Source: Paraspadella gotoi (taxonomy: Eukaryota > Animalia > Chaetognatha). From it: a stretch of DNA of 64,000 bases. The position numbers were made by a program, and so were the translations under genes. Below are positions 18,601 to 31,900 of the stretch, piece after piece (the stretch's first letter is position 1; each line of letters starts with the position of its first letter). Location of the stretch: positions 27,353,340-27,417,339 of the forward strand of contig CM119264.1 in NCBI GenBank assembly GCA_051294375.1. The letters run 5' to 3'. The notes under the pieces are model-generated. The model saw only the letters and a program-made list of their open reading frames with translations. It did no database searches and was not told the origin of the DNA.

Positions 18601-21600
18601 GAGGTGTTGAACCAAAAGTTACTGCGAAATATCTGATATACGAAAAAGAGTGGAGAGAGAAAAAGTAGGAGAAAATTAAGAGTGGCGTAGTGAGAGACTG
18701 GCGAAGAGAAAAGACGTCCAAACCTAATCCGACTTCGGGTATTCGCGTGATTCGATTTTCCTTTATGTGAAGATTCTTTATTCTGGCGCGCTCGGTGATT
18801 ACGGAAGCCAGAGTCATTTATTTTTCTCTCAGACATTCAATGAAAATCGAGGGTCCCTCGCTTTATCATCCCTTTCCCTCCCCCCCTTCCCCGGGATTTT
18901 CTTTTTGGCCTTTTTCTTTATCCCGATCAATTCACACTTCCAGGCCGAGGACCGCGGGATCGAATCCGCAGGCGTCTACACGGACGGGGGCGTTCGCATC
19001 GCCAGATCGACTCCGATCCATTCCGTTCTTAATCAAGGTCGGCATTTGTCCTGGAATTTAAATTGAGATGAGCGTGACCGAATGAGGAGGAATCCCTCGG
19101 TCATTTTACTGGCTCGGGAGACGAAAGATATTAGGGAGGAAAATAATCTAAACGGCTTAAATCTAAACTGATTAAATCCTGTCTCCTATTAATACAAGCG
19201 TTTTAACTAGAAATACGTAGAAAATAATTTTGAATTTGTTGAAAAATATCTTTTATCGCCTAAACGACTACGATAGGAAAAGAAAAAGGATTTTCATCTC
19301 TTCTGTGGCGAAACGGAAATATTTATCTTTTGAAGATAATGAATATTTTTTTTTGCAAAGATTTGTGATATCGCGGAAAAACGATCGTGCGAGATGAGAT
19401 GAGAGAAGTCTGGTCTTTAAGAATCCTTACTCCGTCAGTTTTTCTTTTCCATCCTGTTTTTTTCTCCATTTCTCTTAAAATGACTCGTCGCTCGTATAAT
19501 TTTTGCCTCGCTCCTTTGAGGAACCTAATTGAAACTCCTTACCATACGAATTCACTTATTTTCCTCCTTTTTCTTCTTTATCTATTTTTTTTATAATATT
19601 TCCTTTTTTGGATCCCCGCAGATTTCGAACTCCACATCAACGACCGCAAAGTGGACATTCAGGGACTCGAGGACTTTCGCTCCATCTTCGCTTCACCAGT
19701 GGACGACCGACTCAACGAAGTCAAGAAACTCATCGCTCATCTTCACAACACGCTCAACATCACCGACCATCAGGTGAGGTTCTTTTATCTCTTTAGTGAC
19801 AGATTCGTCGTCTCGGACTGCCCCACGGAAAAAGTTGATATGCTCGACATCAGCTTGTCCAATGTCCATATGTTTTGATACCTGGTTAAATATTTCTAAA
19901 AATCTCTTTTTTATTAACTGGAGAGACGGGAGAGAGTTATTTGGGCCAGTTATCGGATTGGCGCCCCGTTTTAAATTTATACCCACGTAATCTGCCCAAT
20001 CAGCTAATCCGCGCCAACCTCATTTGAAAAAAAACCTCATTTGATGAAAACCTCATTGAAAAAATATGAGAGGAAAATGGTGAAGAGAAGTGGGGTGGAA
20101 GCCTCGTGTAAATGGAACGGACGTCCTAATCGTTAAATGTGGTCGGACAAAAACGAGAAAAAGATTAAACAAAGGACTTTTAGTCGAGGGATAAATTAGA
20201 TTAGCGCTCGATGCTTTCAAACGATTTAACCGCCACGTGAGAAATACGATTGCACAACGTGCAGAGTTACGCCCCCTCTTTAAAATTGGTTTTCCTTTCT
20301 CTATTTTAATTGTTATATTTGCCTTGTATTAAATTTTCTTTGCTTCAATCTGGAATCTGTTCCGTTCTTCATCCCTCAACGGTGTAAGCTTTTTCTATTT
20401 TGTCGTATCTACTTGTTATTTTCAACATATTTTCTCTTTTTTCTTTTCTCACTTTTTTCTTTTTCCATTTCCTTTCCTCGTTTTTCCTTTCCTTTTCTTT
20501 CTCTCTCCTCCTTTTACTAATTTTCTCTTTTCTTTGAACACTTTTCCATCTCTGCGTAGCCATTTAAAATCTCCATCTCAGGGTCTGTGATAATGGCAAG
20601 GGTTTGTTTTGACTTTTGAGTTTACCTCTCTTTTCACTTTAACTTAAATGAAAAGGCGGTTGAAAGGAAACGCTTTAATTTTCTAGAGAGCCTTGAATAA
20701 GTTAAAAATTAAATTCTCTGAAAGTTAATGAAAATTTTTGCGATGAGGACGCTTTTAAAATGTGTCGATGCTAAATATTTTCAAAGACAGAGAAAAACAA
20801 ATTTAATTAAATTTTTCTTCCTTTGAAGTTAAAAGTTAAAATTTACTCCTTCAAAAAATGTCTTTTTTCGCGATGAATATCAAAGAAAAACATTTTTTTC
20901 TCTCCCATCTCTCATCCTTTTCTCCATAAAAAGAACCCCGCCATGTTTTTCAACGTTTGTTTACTTTGCCCCTTCTCTCTTTTCCCTTTCCATCGCCGAC
21001 AGTTTTTACAAGAGCAACGTCTCGTGACGCAGCTGGAGAATCTCAGAGCGGAGTTGGCGCCCTTTGAGGAGAAGAAGTTAGCCTTGGAACACAAGGCGCA
21101 CGCGCGCACCAAGGCGAGTTTTGGGAGGGGGAGGACCGGGCAGTTTGGTGGGTGGAAGCGGAGTGGCTTTTAAATACTAGGTGGACCCGCGCACTACGGC
21201 GAGTTTTTGGGGTGAACTGGGGAGTTATGCAGGCGGAAGCCGAGTGGCTTTAAAACACCATTGCACCCGCGCACGAAGGGACGTGGGAGATAGGCAGGCG
21301 GGCAGGGAACGCGAATGTAGGGGGGGGAAATCCTTGCGACGTTCGCTTTGTCGAATTAGTCGCGCGACAGCAATTTCGAACGTGGCTTCTGTTCTGGATT
21401 CGCTCCAATAAGTTTGCTTTGACGAGAGAGTTATCTTGATAACCTCCAGCACGCGTGGGTGACGACATATGGTAGTCGTGACACCAGAGGACGTCTCGAG
21501 CCAAAAGCAACAGAACTGACATCTCTGTCTCCCGAGAGAGAGGGAGGGGGGGGAGAGAGCATATCCCTTGTGTTTCCATATCTCGCTGCAATGTCAGCTG

Positions 21601-24600
21601 TCGACAGCCGTCGTTTCTTTTGTTTTGTTTTTTTTTGCCACTTTTTTCTCACCCGTCGTGGTTTCCTCAATCCCTGGTATCCGCCTCTATAATCCATATT
21701 TCTATTATAATCATCTGACTTCTTCCTCTCATCCTCTTCGCGTCACTCTGATCCGTCGCTACACTCTATTAGGATAATCTCAGTCTTTGTCCGATTTCAC
21801 TCGGAGAAATTGTCGTGGGTGATCGCGAGGTTGGTTAAAAGACGTGGCTCTTGAACTGCTTGTATTAGAGTTGCAAGAGTTGCAAACTCGTGCAGTTTTT
21901 ATATTGAACGCGTGAAAAAAATGGAGGGTGATTTTTTTTTAAAAGGGGGGGCTGCGAGCGAGAACCTCAGAACCGTGCGTGCCAAGAATAGTATCTCTCT
22001 CTCTCTCTCCCTTTCTCTCTTTCCTCCCGGGTTATTTTACAACCAGCTTGCGTCGTCGCCCAATTTCCTTCAAATCCCTCTTCCCCTTGGCGTTATCCAC
22101 CTCTGACGTCTTCACCATCTTCGCTATTAACCACTCATCTTCTTTCATATTTATTACCGCTTTTTTCATTTTAAGTTATTAGCGCATTAAAATCTACGAC
22201 CCTCTTGGCGAGAATATCAATGACCTCCTCTTCATTGCATTCAATTAAATACCAGGGTCGCTTGCAAACTGCCAATTAAGTTTTACAATAAGGAATAAAT
22301 AATTTAATTTGCATTTTCATAGTTAGGTCTCATATGTGTAACCACCATGCGTATAACCACCATTACCCTTTATTGATATCGACTCCGTTTCTCGGGCGAT
22401 GCCCTAATGCTAGTGCAACTACGCCTCACGAATATCCTAAGTGGAGAAAAAGGAAAGGGGAGAGGAAAGGGAGGAAGTAAATCATCATGAGAAAGAGTCG
22501 GCATATATTTTGACATATTTTTAAAAATGAAATCCATTTGTTTCCTTCCTTTATCTCCATCCATTGATCTTGCCTATAAAGAACGACGACTTCTTTTGCT
22601 AAATGCGTTTTTCTTTCTTCTATGAAAGAAAAATCCATTTTGATGACGCAGACACATCGACATTTCTGATGTAAAAATGAGATATACAAATATTCCATGT
22701 TCTTGATAACAAAATCTAGTCCTAGTCGAGAAATGGAACTTATGAAACTGAATTAATTTTGATATCGAATGTTTTTAAAAGACATTATTTACAGGATAGT
22801 TTTTAAGAACACGGCGTTAGTTGACTTCCTCCGCGTCCTCAAATTGAGGATTTTGACTCTGGAAAGCGACGTTTCTGGCGGCGGCGATTCGACTTGAGGC
22901 GGAAGTGATGCGATGAGACGTTGGAAAAATCGATTTTCAATTTCCCGCCGCAGGTCGCCGAGGTCCCTCCGCCTTGTGGATTGAAGTATAAAGAAAAGTT
23001 TTTAGTCGGATCTGCTTATCACTTTGTCCGTCCGTCGGTCCCTTCCCAAAATCTTGTCGATAAATCATTTTTATAATATCAGAACATCGAATTATGATAA
23101 ATTATGCAAAAAAAATGATGTCCGTCCGTCCTTCCGTCTGTTCGTCTTTACCACTTAGCATTAAACTCAAATTACTCGTGATTGGATGGATGGCTTAGAA
23201 TGAAATTTTGTGTGTGGGTAGGAAAGTGTGTGATTGAGCTGTATATAAGGTTTCAATGAAATCGTGCGGGTGGAAATGAGTTTAAATGAAAAAAAACAAA
23301 ATTCATATTTACTTGAATCATTTTTTTTAATATTTACTCATAATTATTATATTTATTAAAAATTGGATAGATAAAATGGAATGGAATTTAGTGTGTGGGT
23401 AGGAAAGTAGGTGATGAAGGCTTTAAGCTGGATTTAAATTTTTGATGGAATCCTAGGAGTGGAAAAGAGTTTAAAATAAAAAACTAAAAGACATTTATTT
23501 CAATTTTTAAAAATTTTTTTCTATCTCTCTCTGATTGATTGATTGATTGACCAAATTATGCCAGTTGACCAAATTATGCAAGTTGACCAAATTATACAAA
23601 TTGAAAAAATAATGCCAGTAAACAAAATTACTTAAATTTTGCCAGTTGCAAGTTGACCAAATTATGCAAGTTGACCAAATTATGCACAGCTACTGGTAAT
23701 GATTGATAGATCAATTGATTTATAGATTTTTTCATATATTTATTAAGAAGTCTGTTTTGTTATGATTATTATTATTATGATTATTATTATTATTATCGTA
23801 GGCAGATCCGACGTTGTTTGCTTTATTTAAAATCTGATATTCTTTTTGTTTTCTTTTGAAGGGTTTTAAGAACAATTTTTCCCCCCCTTTTTGGCCATAT
23901 GCCCCTTAAAAACCTCTCGCTCGAGCCCGTTCTGAGTTTTTCCCTTCTTTTCCATTTCTATCTTAAGCGAAAAATTCCTCGAGTTTCGTACGAAGCTTCT
24001 TATATGGCAAAGCATCGCGGCAATTCATCATCTTGCAAGTTTTCCATGTGAACCATAAACTGGGTTAGGCTCTCATCTATTTTTTTCTCTTTTTACTTAA
24101 ATTAATTTCACTTTAATACTGGAATTATCAAAGACAGTGTGCCTTTTTTTCGCGATATTCTGTTTTATTTTTTTCGGATATCAAGTCCCATCTATTACAT
24201 AAAGATTGAATTCATAACAAAATCGTTTAGACGAAAAATATTTGGGCGATAAGAGTCTAACGTTAAAAAAGATAATCGGTCCGGAGATTTCGTCGTTAGT
24301 CGTCCCTTTCCCTCATTCCTCCCTCTCCTCCGCCATTGTGAAACATAATAGCGATGAAGTCGACGTTTTCTCTTTTTTCTCCCTCTCAGCGCATGACGTG
24401 GATGGGTTTGGGTCTGATGGGAATCCAGTTCGGATTCTTGGCGCGATTGACTTGGTGGGAATATTCGTGGGACGTCATGGAGCCCGTGACTTACTTCGTC
24501 ACCTACGGAACCATCATGATCATGTACGCCTACTTCTGCGTTACCCGACAGGAGTACGAATTTAGGTGAGTAAGATACGAGTCCGTAAAAATCCTTACTC

Positions 24601-25594
24601 TTTCGTTGTCGTAAACGACCTTGCCTCATCCACTTTTCCCTAAACGTTGCTAAACAACTAGTCTTTTATCGTCCCCTTTTCTTAACCTAATCGTTCATCT
24701 TTACCCCCTTTCACCTCGAAGCTAGTATGTCGTTTGTCGTTGTAGCCGCTCTCACACTTACTTTTATTCACCGTAATAGCGGATCTTAATTCTTGTCCAA
24801 ATCACCGCTCATGGAATAAGCCTCGAATGGGAATCGATTTCTGAGAATTAGGTTGATCGCCCTCCCGTTCCCTGAACGAAATCGCTTGTTATGGGCCACG
24901 ACATTCACGGGGCTGGAGTGAAAGAATATTTTTGGCGATGCCTGTTGTATGGCTTCGTCCGAATCGTCTGGCAACCGCGAGAGAGTGAGAGAATGAGAGC
25001 TTCTTCCCGCTGCCGTTTTTTTTTTTTTTTTTTATCTCCGCCGTTAACTTCTCTCAACGACGACGACAACTAAAACGACTTCCATTACGGCGACGCCTGG
25101 CGGCAGTGGAAGGCGATGAGCGACGTCGTCAAACTTTTTACCGTCAACGTCTTTTTTTTTTCTCTCCCTCCCCCCGGTCCAAAACATCAGCGCCGCCTAC
25201 GATCGAGAGTACTTGAAATGGTTCCACTTTCGCGCTCCGAAAGTCAAATTCGACGTCGCAGAGTACAACAGGTTGAAGGAGGCCGTTGCTCAGGTTCGTT
25301 TTCGGGGCGTTAGAGGGAGGGGGACAGAGGTGGGCGTGGCGAGACGTTTTAACGGTCGTAAACCCTCGCGGACAACAGTCAAATAATCGGCGTCATAAAT
25401 TGTAAAACTCGTTGAAAAGAGAACAATTGAAAACAATTGTAAAATAATTAATGATGTAAACCGTTTGTCGGTGTCACTTAGTCGTTACGGAGGGGGGGAG
25501 TATTAATGGAAGGTTGAAACAAAGAGAGAAAAAAACTCAGTAACGAGAATGTCGATTACTTCGCGCGCATGTGTAAAGGAAGCGAAGAGAGGAC

Positions 25595-25659
<65 letters not shown>

Positions 25660-26234
25660 AAGAAAAATAAGAGTGTCGTTATCGTGAATGATGACATTCA
25701 AGAAATGGCGACAGACGCGGGGAAAAGTAATGAATCGCTTTTTGTCGGAATGAAAAAGGGGGGGCGCGGCGCTTAACCGAAGGCCCGTGTCTCGGCGGAG
25801 CGGACTCCTGGTCGGCCGGCGAGATCTGAGAAAATTTCCAAGAGCAATAATCGATGATAATAGAGAGAGGAAGTGGATAAGAGAAAAATAATTTTTTTTT
25901 AGAATTGAACTAGTTGGAGAAGAAGGAAAAAAAAAAAGAATTATCGGCAAAACGATTCTTGAAACTAAGCGACTCTCGCAGAAAGCGCAGATGGTCTGAA
26001 ATAAAATGAAATGGTGATTTCGTATGAGAAAGTTGAAGAAAGCTGAACCAACTGTGTTTATTGAATCGCAACAAGCATCAATATTGGGGATTATAAAGCA
26101 AATTTCATCGCTCTCTGCCAAATGGCATCGATTAATGTCAATTTCCCCATCCCAATTTTCCACAGGCTGAATTCGATCTGAGGCGACTTCGAGATCCCCT
26201 TCAGAAAAATGTTCCCCTCCCCGATCCCAATTGA
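15613..26234 (+). CDS. MCU: Mitochondrial calcium uniporter pore subunit
   Basis: Exons 15613-15884, 17189-17348, 18944-19037, 19622-19773, 21003-21113, 24390-24565, 25191-25293 and 26166-26234. Arg/Ser/Leu-rich presequence [12 protein letters not shown]; N-terminal domain [18 protein letters not shown]...EDRGI; pore region [28 protein letters not shown]; C-terminus [23 protein letters not shown]. Confidence 0.96.
18170..18357. repeat. ~54-bp G-rich minisatellite, ~3.5 copies, in MCU intron 2
   Basis: Unit GGYGGGTGATTGGGTGGGGCCAGAAGTAGGAGAATYGGATGGTGGCGATGATGA. Confidence 0.9.
23001..23828 (+). mobile_element. DINE-1/HINE-like non-autonomous element in MCU intron 5
   Basis: Subterminal inverted repeat GTCGGATCTGCTTA (23005-23018) / TAGGCAGATCCGAC (23799-23812). 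GTCC microsatellite near the 5' end, internal 18-bp tandem repeats (GCAAGTTGACCAAATTAT) and T-rich flanks. Confidence 0.65.
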
Positions 26235-27775
26235 ATCCTCGCAGTGGAGTCCACGCTGTTTCGGCGCCGAGGATTGATTCGTGAGGATTGATTGATTGAT
26301 TCGTCGTGAGGATTGATTCGTCGAATCGTCGTCGCTTCTCCGTCGACCCTCAAAATTGACGTTGAGCGCGACAGTCGGTTCGTCGTTGCGAAAAGTGGGC
26401 GGCTCCCAAAACTTTCTCGTTGCGGCTAAATTGGCCATTACCAAAAAAAAAAAAGAAAGAAAAAAAGAAAGTTGTCTTGGCGACTAAATAAACTGAATTA
26501 AATTAAAACTCTTCGTCCGCCTCTTTCTCGCGATCCGCGTGTTTTGTTTCTGTTTGTTTAGTTTTTTTTGTTTTTTTTTTTCGCGTCTTCTCCACCCCCG
26601 CCCCGTTTTTCCCTGCCGCTCAATCAATCTTAGGAGATTTGTCACTTCTCCCGTTTTCGGACCGCTTTCCGATCTTGCCTTCCTTGGCAGCCCTTAATAC
26701 ACTTCTCCCTTTCCCTGCCTCCGTCCCCCAACCACCCCATCCTTCCCCAACCCTTTTTTCATCCCCACCTCCGTCCCCCACCCACCCCATCCTCCCCTGG
26801 CCTTTCCAACCCTCGAGCGAAACAATTCACCCAACGCTTCCTAGTAAAAATAAACAAAAGTGATAAAAAAAAACGGCGACAAAAACTAAACCATGCTTAT
26901 TTTTATTAGTCATTTAAAATGCGGTTACCTTTTTGGATTCGCTTCATTTTGTAAAGGTGATTGCGATATACGCACGTACAACAAAAAAATGTAAAGGAAT
27001 GGAGTTTTTTTTATTCGTAATTGAAATAAAAATGTTAACAAATATTATCATCGCGTGTCCGAACTCATATACTTTTTTTCGTTTCGGTCGCATTTCATTA
27101 TCGCTAACATAAATTATTATTATTATTATTATTATTATTGACATGATAATCACGAAAAAATCGTTACTATCTCTTCCGACGACGACAACAACAACGAACA
27201 AACAAAAACAAACAATATTCGTTTGTCATATTGTTTTTTTTATTCATCTTCGGCATAAAACACGACTAAAATGTTTATTCGTTTAGTTTTTTTCTCTCTT
27301 AGCAAAAAAAAAAAGAAAAATAGCGAAAATTCAACGTTGTCAAATTTCTTCGTGAATTTGCGCTAGTCATACATTTCTTGCCTTCAGTATTTTACCTCAT
27401 ATTTCTTATATTAATTTGAATATTGTAATATCAAGGTTGTATAATGTTTTGTTATATCTTCATTAAACGCAATTTATTGATAAAAATCCTGCTTTTTTTT
27501 TTTACGAGACAGCGAAATGGGCCAGCAATGTTTGCTGTTGCTTAGCAACGTATTTGTTTTTTTCATTGCGTAAGCGAAGATTCTTGATGGGACGAATCCC
27601 GCCAATTTCCTCTTTGGTTTCTCTGCTGCCACAATGCCACATGCCACTGGATGCTGTTCGCCCGGGGTTGTTGCCATTCGCCATCGCTTTTTTCCATTCG
27701 CCGTCACCCGATTTTTTCCCCCCGCTCGAGTTTTCGTTTCCACCGCATCAACTCGCATTTGCTCTTGCTTGCTCG

Positions 27776-27814
<39 letters not shown>

Positions 27815-28320
27815 CTCTCTCTCCCCCCCCTCTCCCCACCCACCTACCCCTCTTTCGCCTTGATTGCAATTTTACAGATTCGGTTGCCCCCTTTCTCTCT
27901 CTCTCTCTCTTCTCAGTCCACTCGCTCCCCGTCACCTTCTTGCTCCTTTCTTTCTTTTTTTTTCTTTTTTCGTCCAATTTAACGATTGCGTCTCAGCGTC
28001 GCCTCTATGCAGTCATGCACATGAGGCCCCATCTTAATTCTTATTCTAGATTCTAGATATTTTGAAAGGGACGTTGATTCACCTAATTCAGAATATTCGA
28101 GTTGTAGTTGATGTTTAATGAAAGTAATCAATTTACGGGCTGATTTTTGTCATAAAGAATTTGTAAGTTATGTTCATATATGCATATTGCTTAATTATAG
28201 TTAGATTCTTGCCAACTAGCTAGAACATTTGATACGTATTATGCAAATGAACTTATTAGCACTTGATATTCGTGGAAAATAAAAATCAAAGTTTCTCGCT
28301 TTTTCTCGAATGATGGCAAA

Positions 28321-28528
28321 CGGAGGATAGCCTGTGATACCCGGGCGCGGGTATCTCACCAACTGGCATAGGGGCTGCGGACCCTCAGTGACCGCCTCCT
28401 GTCACTGGCATGTTTATACCGGCACCGTCACATTTAAGCCAGAACCGGGATACCCAGGGATTGAACCCGGGACGCACGGATGGAATGAGATGATTTAGCC
28501 TGCTCAGCCATTGAGACGAGGCTGAGGA
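28321..28528 (-). mobile_element. tRNA-derived SINE-like element
   Basis: Minus strand has an A-box-like TGGCTGAGCAGG and a B-box GGTTCAATCC at tRNA-like spacing, followed by a GC-rich body and a 3' hairpin GTGAGATACCCGCGCCCGGGTATCAC. Confidence 0.65.
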
Positions 28529-28985
28529 CGGACAGCAGTGAGGCAGCTTTAAGTCTTGCTGCACAAATGCCCATTTCTTTCTTTCCTCTGGGGTTGGAAT
28601 TTTGTAGAGAAATAGAAACATTTCTCCAGAGAGAAACATAAGAAGCAAAAATATTTAATATATTTTTGATTTAAATGTCAATAAGAAAACATTTCGAACA
28701 TAACATTTTCAAGATAAATAATTTAATATACGTAGATCGTTTAAAATTAGAAGGTGTGGACGCAACAAAGGGATATTCAGTTTCGCGTCTGTCCTTAGCA
28801 GGTCTTTTTGGTAACCACGCTTTGACTAATGATATTTAACTTTTTTTTTGACGCCCGGGAGCAAGGAATGGCTGTTTTGTGGCAAGCGTGTCGTAATGGA
28901 TTTCAAAACATTTCATTATCGTCAGGAGAAAAGCGGGTTTGAGAAGCCATAAACAACTAATCTCCCCGACTTGATCCCAACTTTA

Positions 28986-31900
28986 TTATTTTCTCAACTC
29001 GGGGATTTCACATTCCCCCCCCTCAGAGGCGCTCAAGATTTTTTCCCGCACGATATTTTTTCGTCTCCTTGATTCAATTTTTCCCGCGTTTTTTCTCGAG
29101 TTTTCTCCGCGAAAATCGCGACTTCTCGCTTCATAGTTTCCGGGTCGACGTAGGCGGGGTCCTCGCCCTTGACCGGTGACGCCCTCGTCCACGTCTCCGA
29201 CAGACCCGCCACGCGGAGCCGGTGACGCAGTCTCGCCAGCGTCGACTTCCGCAGGAGGAAGAGTACGAGCGCCGTGGAGGCGACGAGGAAGAGGAGCAGG
29301 ATCAGCGCCAGCAGCGGCGCACATCACGCGCCAGTGGCGCGGCGAAGTGAGGACGATAGATTTAGAGAGACGAGAATCGTGGGTGAAGACCTGTGAGGGT
29401 AAGTTGAATCGGTCAACGCAGGAAACGGATACATGAATCTAATTGGAGTTTTTCTTGACCAATCAGAGAAGAGGCTTCTCTTCAGGAAATCATGGTCGAG
29501 ACATGAAGAGATGAAAAGGCAAAGAAGCTAAGCGAGACAAAATACAATCAGAAACAACTGTACTTTTCCAACATTGCGATGATAGGATTGATGAAAAAAC
29601 AGAAAAAGAGGTCACGTCAATTCTGAGTGCCCCTTCGATCTCCAACACCCTTGCCAACCACCTCGCCCTATTTTCTTTAAACCTGAAGCTCAAACTTGGT
29701 CCCGTCCTGAAAATCATCCTCGAAAAAAATCCAGGTTCGAACCCCACTGCGGACGCCTCTCTCTCTCGTCGACAAACCCGAGTGGTTTTTCGGGGTAAAA
29801 GAGGACGTATCGTTCGGGCGGACGAGCCAAGTGTATTGCTCGACCTATCAGAAGAGAGAGAGAGAGAGAAATGCTATTTTTACTAATATTGGTATTATTA
29901 CTACCTGTTTGAAGGGATTCGCCAGGATATCGCAAGAGATGTAAAATTTGTCGTTCTCCCACATTTGACGCGATTGTTCATTTTTGCAAATGATTTTCGG
30001 TTTAAACAGGACGTTGAGCGTTTTGACCAGACAAGAGAGAGGGCGCTTCGGTCTGTATGAGTGACAAAAAAAAGGCAATAGGCTTAACGAACAAAAGTAC
30101 ATCGTCTGATATATAATATATCGTCGATGATGATGACGATCACAATCATTATCATGTAATGACAACTTTTCTCTAAACCTGTTGAGCCCCGACAATGCGA
30201 CGGCGCAGGTAAAGTTGGTTTCGTTCTCCCGATGAGAGACTCTGACTTGATGCTGATTGTAGACCGTCCTGACCGGGCTCGTCGAAAACCGATTCGGGAT
30301 CTTTAGTTGTCCCAATTTTCTGTGTAGAGAAATCAAATGAAAATTTGAGGAGAATATAGAAAAAAAAAATTGTATCACGTCAGTTAGTATTTGACCAATA
30401 TTATGACCAATATTCATTATGAGACATTCGGTTGACATTGTATTATTTTCTCTCTTTTCGTTGCAAAGTGAATATTAGGAAATGTTTATTGAGTGCCAAT
30501 ACAACGATTTTTATTATCAATAGTACATGTTTCGACTCTGCTGGTTCGAGTCTTTATTAGCTTTAGAAAAACATTAACAAAAATGCTCTACACATTAAGT
30601 TAGAGAGAGAGAGAGAGTGAGTGAGTGAGAGAGATTGAGGGAGAGTTTCCATTCGGTTATATTTAAGCACGTTTTCCTACATCATAAGCCATCATCAGTG
30701 GTGAAAAGAGAGCGAGAAGATAAAATTTGAAAGAGAGAGACAGAGAGAGGATATAGTCATGGGAAAACTGAATATATGACGAATATAAAAATGACTAATA
30801 AGAGTTGTAACGTTAAGGCGACAAAATATATGTCACTTGCGTATCTTTAATCTCGACGTAATCTGAAAAAGAACTTCCCCACGCCCACAATCTTTTAGTT
30901 AGAACAACGGACACAACATAAACAACCTCAAGTATGCCCAAAAAAAGCAAGTTCTTACTCCGGATACAAGTCTTTGGTCCAGTAAAGATCGGGCAGCATC
31001 GATCCCGCAGCCTCGACGCTGCAGGTCAGCAGCAGCTTCTCTCCTTCGCGGAGATAATCAAGTTTTTGCGGCGAACATTTTGGCGCCGCGATCACGTTAA
31101 GAGTCACGTTGATCTTTTTGCCCTGGAAATCGGGGGGGGGGGGTAACGGCGAGGATCGACGGAGAAAATAGTAAAAAACTTTAATTAAATTATAAATATT
31201 GTCATCTTGATTTCTGTTTTAGTTGGAATTCTAACAGATATTTGGGTCAACTTTTTATAGGGCGAAATATACTACCATTTTTTACTGTTGACTTATCTCT
31301 TTTATAATTGAATTGATTAACTCAGAAAAGGGAAATTCGAACGGCTTCGCTCCTTAACATATTCTCAATATATTTGAGTAAGCACTCAGCGTAAATTTTA
31401 AAATTACATACTTTGTAAGAATCTACTCTATAATTGTATACGAGTTACCTGTGGGTTTTGGCAAGTGTAAATAGCGGCGTCTCTCAACTCCGCGTCGAAC
31501 ACTTTGAGCAAATACTCGTTGCTCCTTTGTTTCTTGGACGTCTCGACAGCAGCGCCGAATTTCGTCGGCGGCGACGGGAGAATACGAACGCCGTATTTTG
31601 ACTTCATAGAAAAAAGGCCAACGTATCGATCCTCGAAACGAATGAAGGCAAATGGGATTTAACTTTAAGGCGTGGTTCGTTATGATGTTATATTTATTAG
31701 ATAAACATTTTTATTTTAAAAAATTAGATTAAAATAGGACAAAACAAAAGTCAACCATCTCTCACCCTCATGAAAAGAATCCCCGCGTTTTCCTTCATCC
31801 AGGCGACGGCGTCGCTCAACGGACAAACGATGACCACAGTCTGACCCACAGTCACCACAACCGACGTCGCCGCCGACGCCGCCTCGCTTTTACCGGCGTC

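Noticed and set aside
23548-23690. 18-bp repeats (and the 54-bp repeats at 18170-18357) as a CRISPR-like array
   Set aside because: They are head-to-tail tandem units without unique spacers, in a eukaryotic context with no cas genes.
29321-29326. TGA-TGT before the Ig TM segment as selenocysteine or readthrough
   Set aside because: The upstream exon phase does not lead into that frame via a good donor, and no SECIS was seen. An indel is simpler.
29731-29745. tRNA B-box-like GGTTCGAACC
   Set aside because: It lies inside Ig-gene exon 6 (codons GVRTW), with no cloverleaf or A box.
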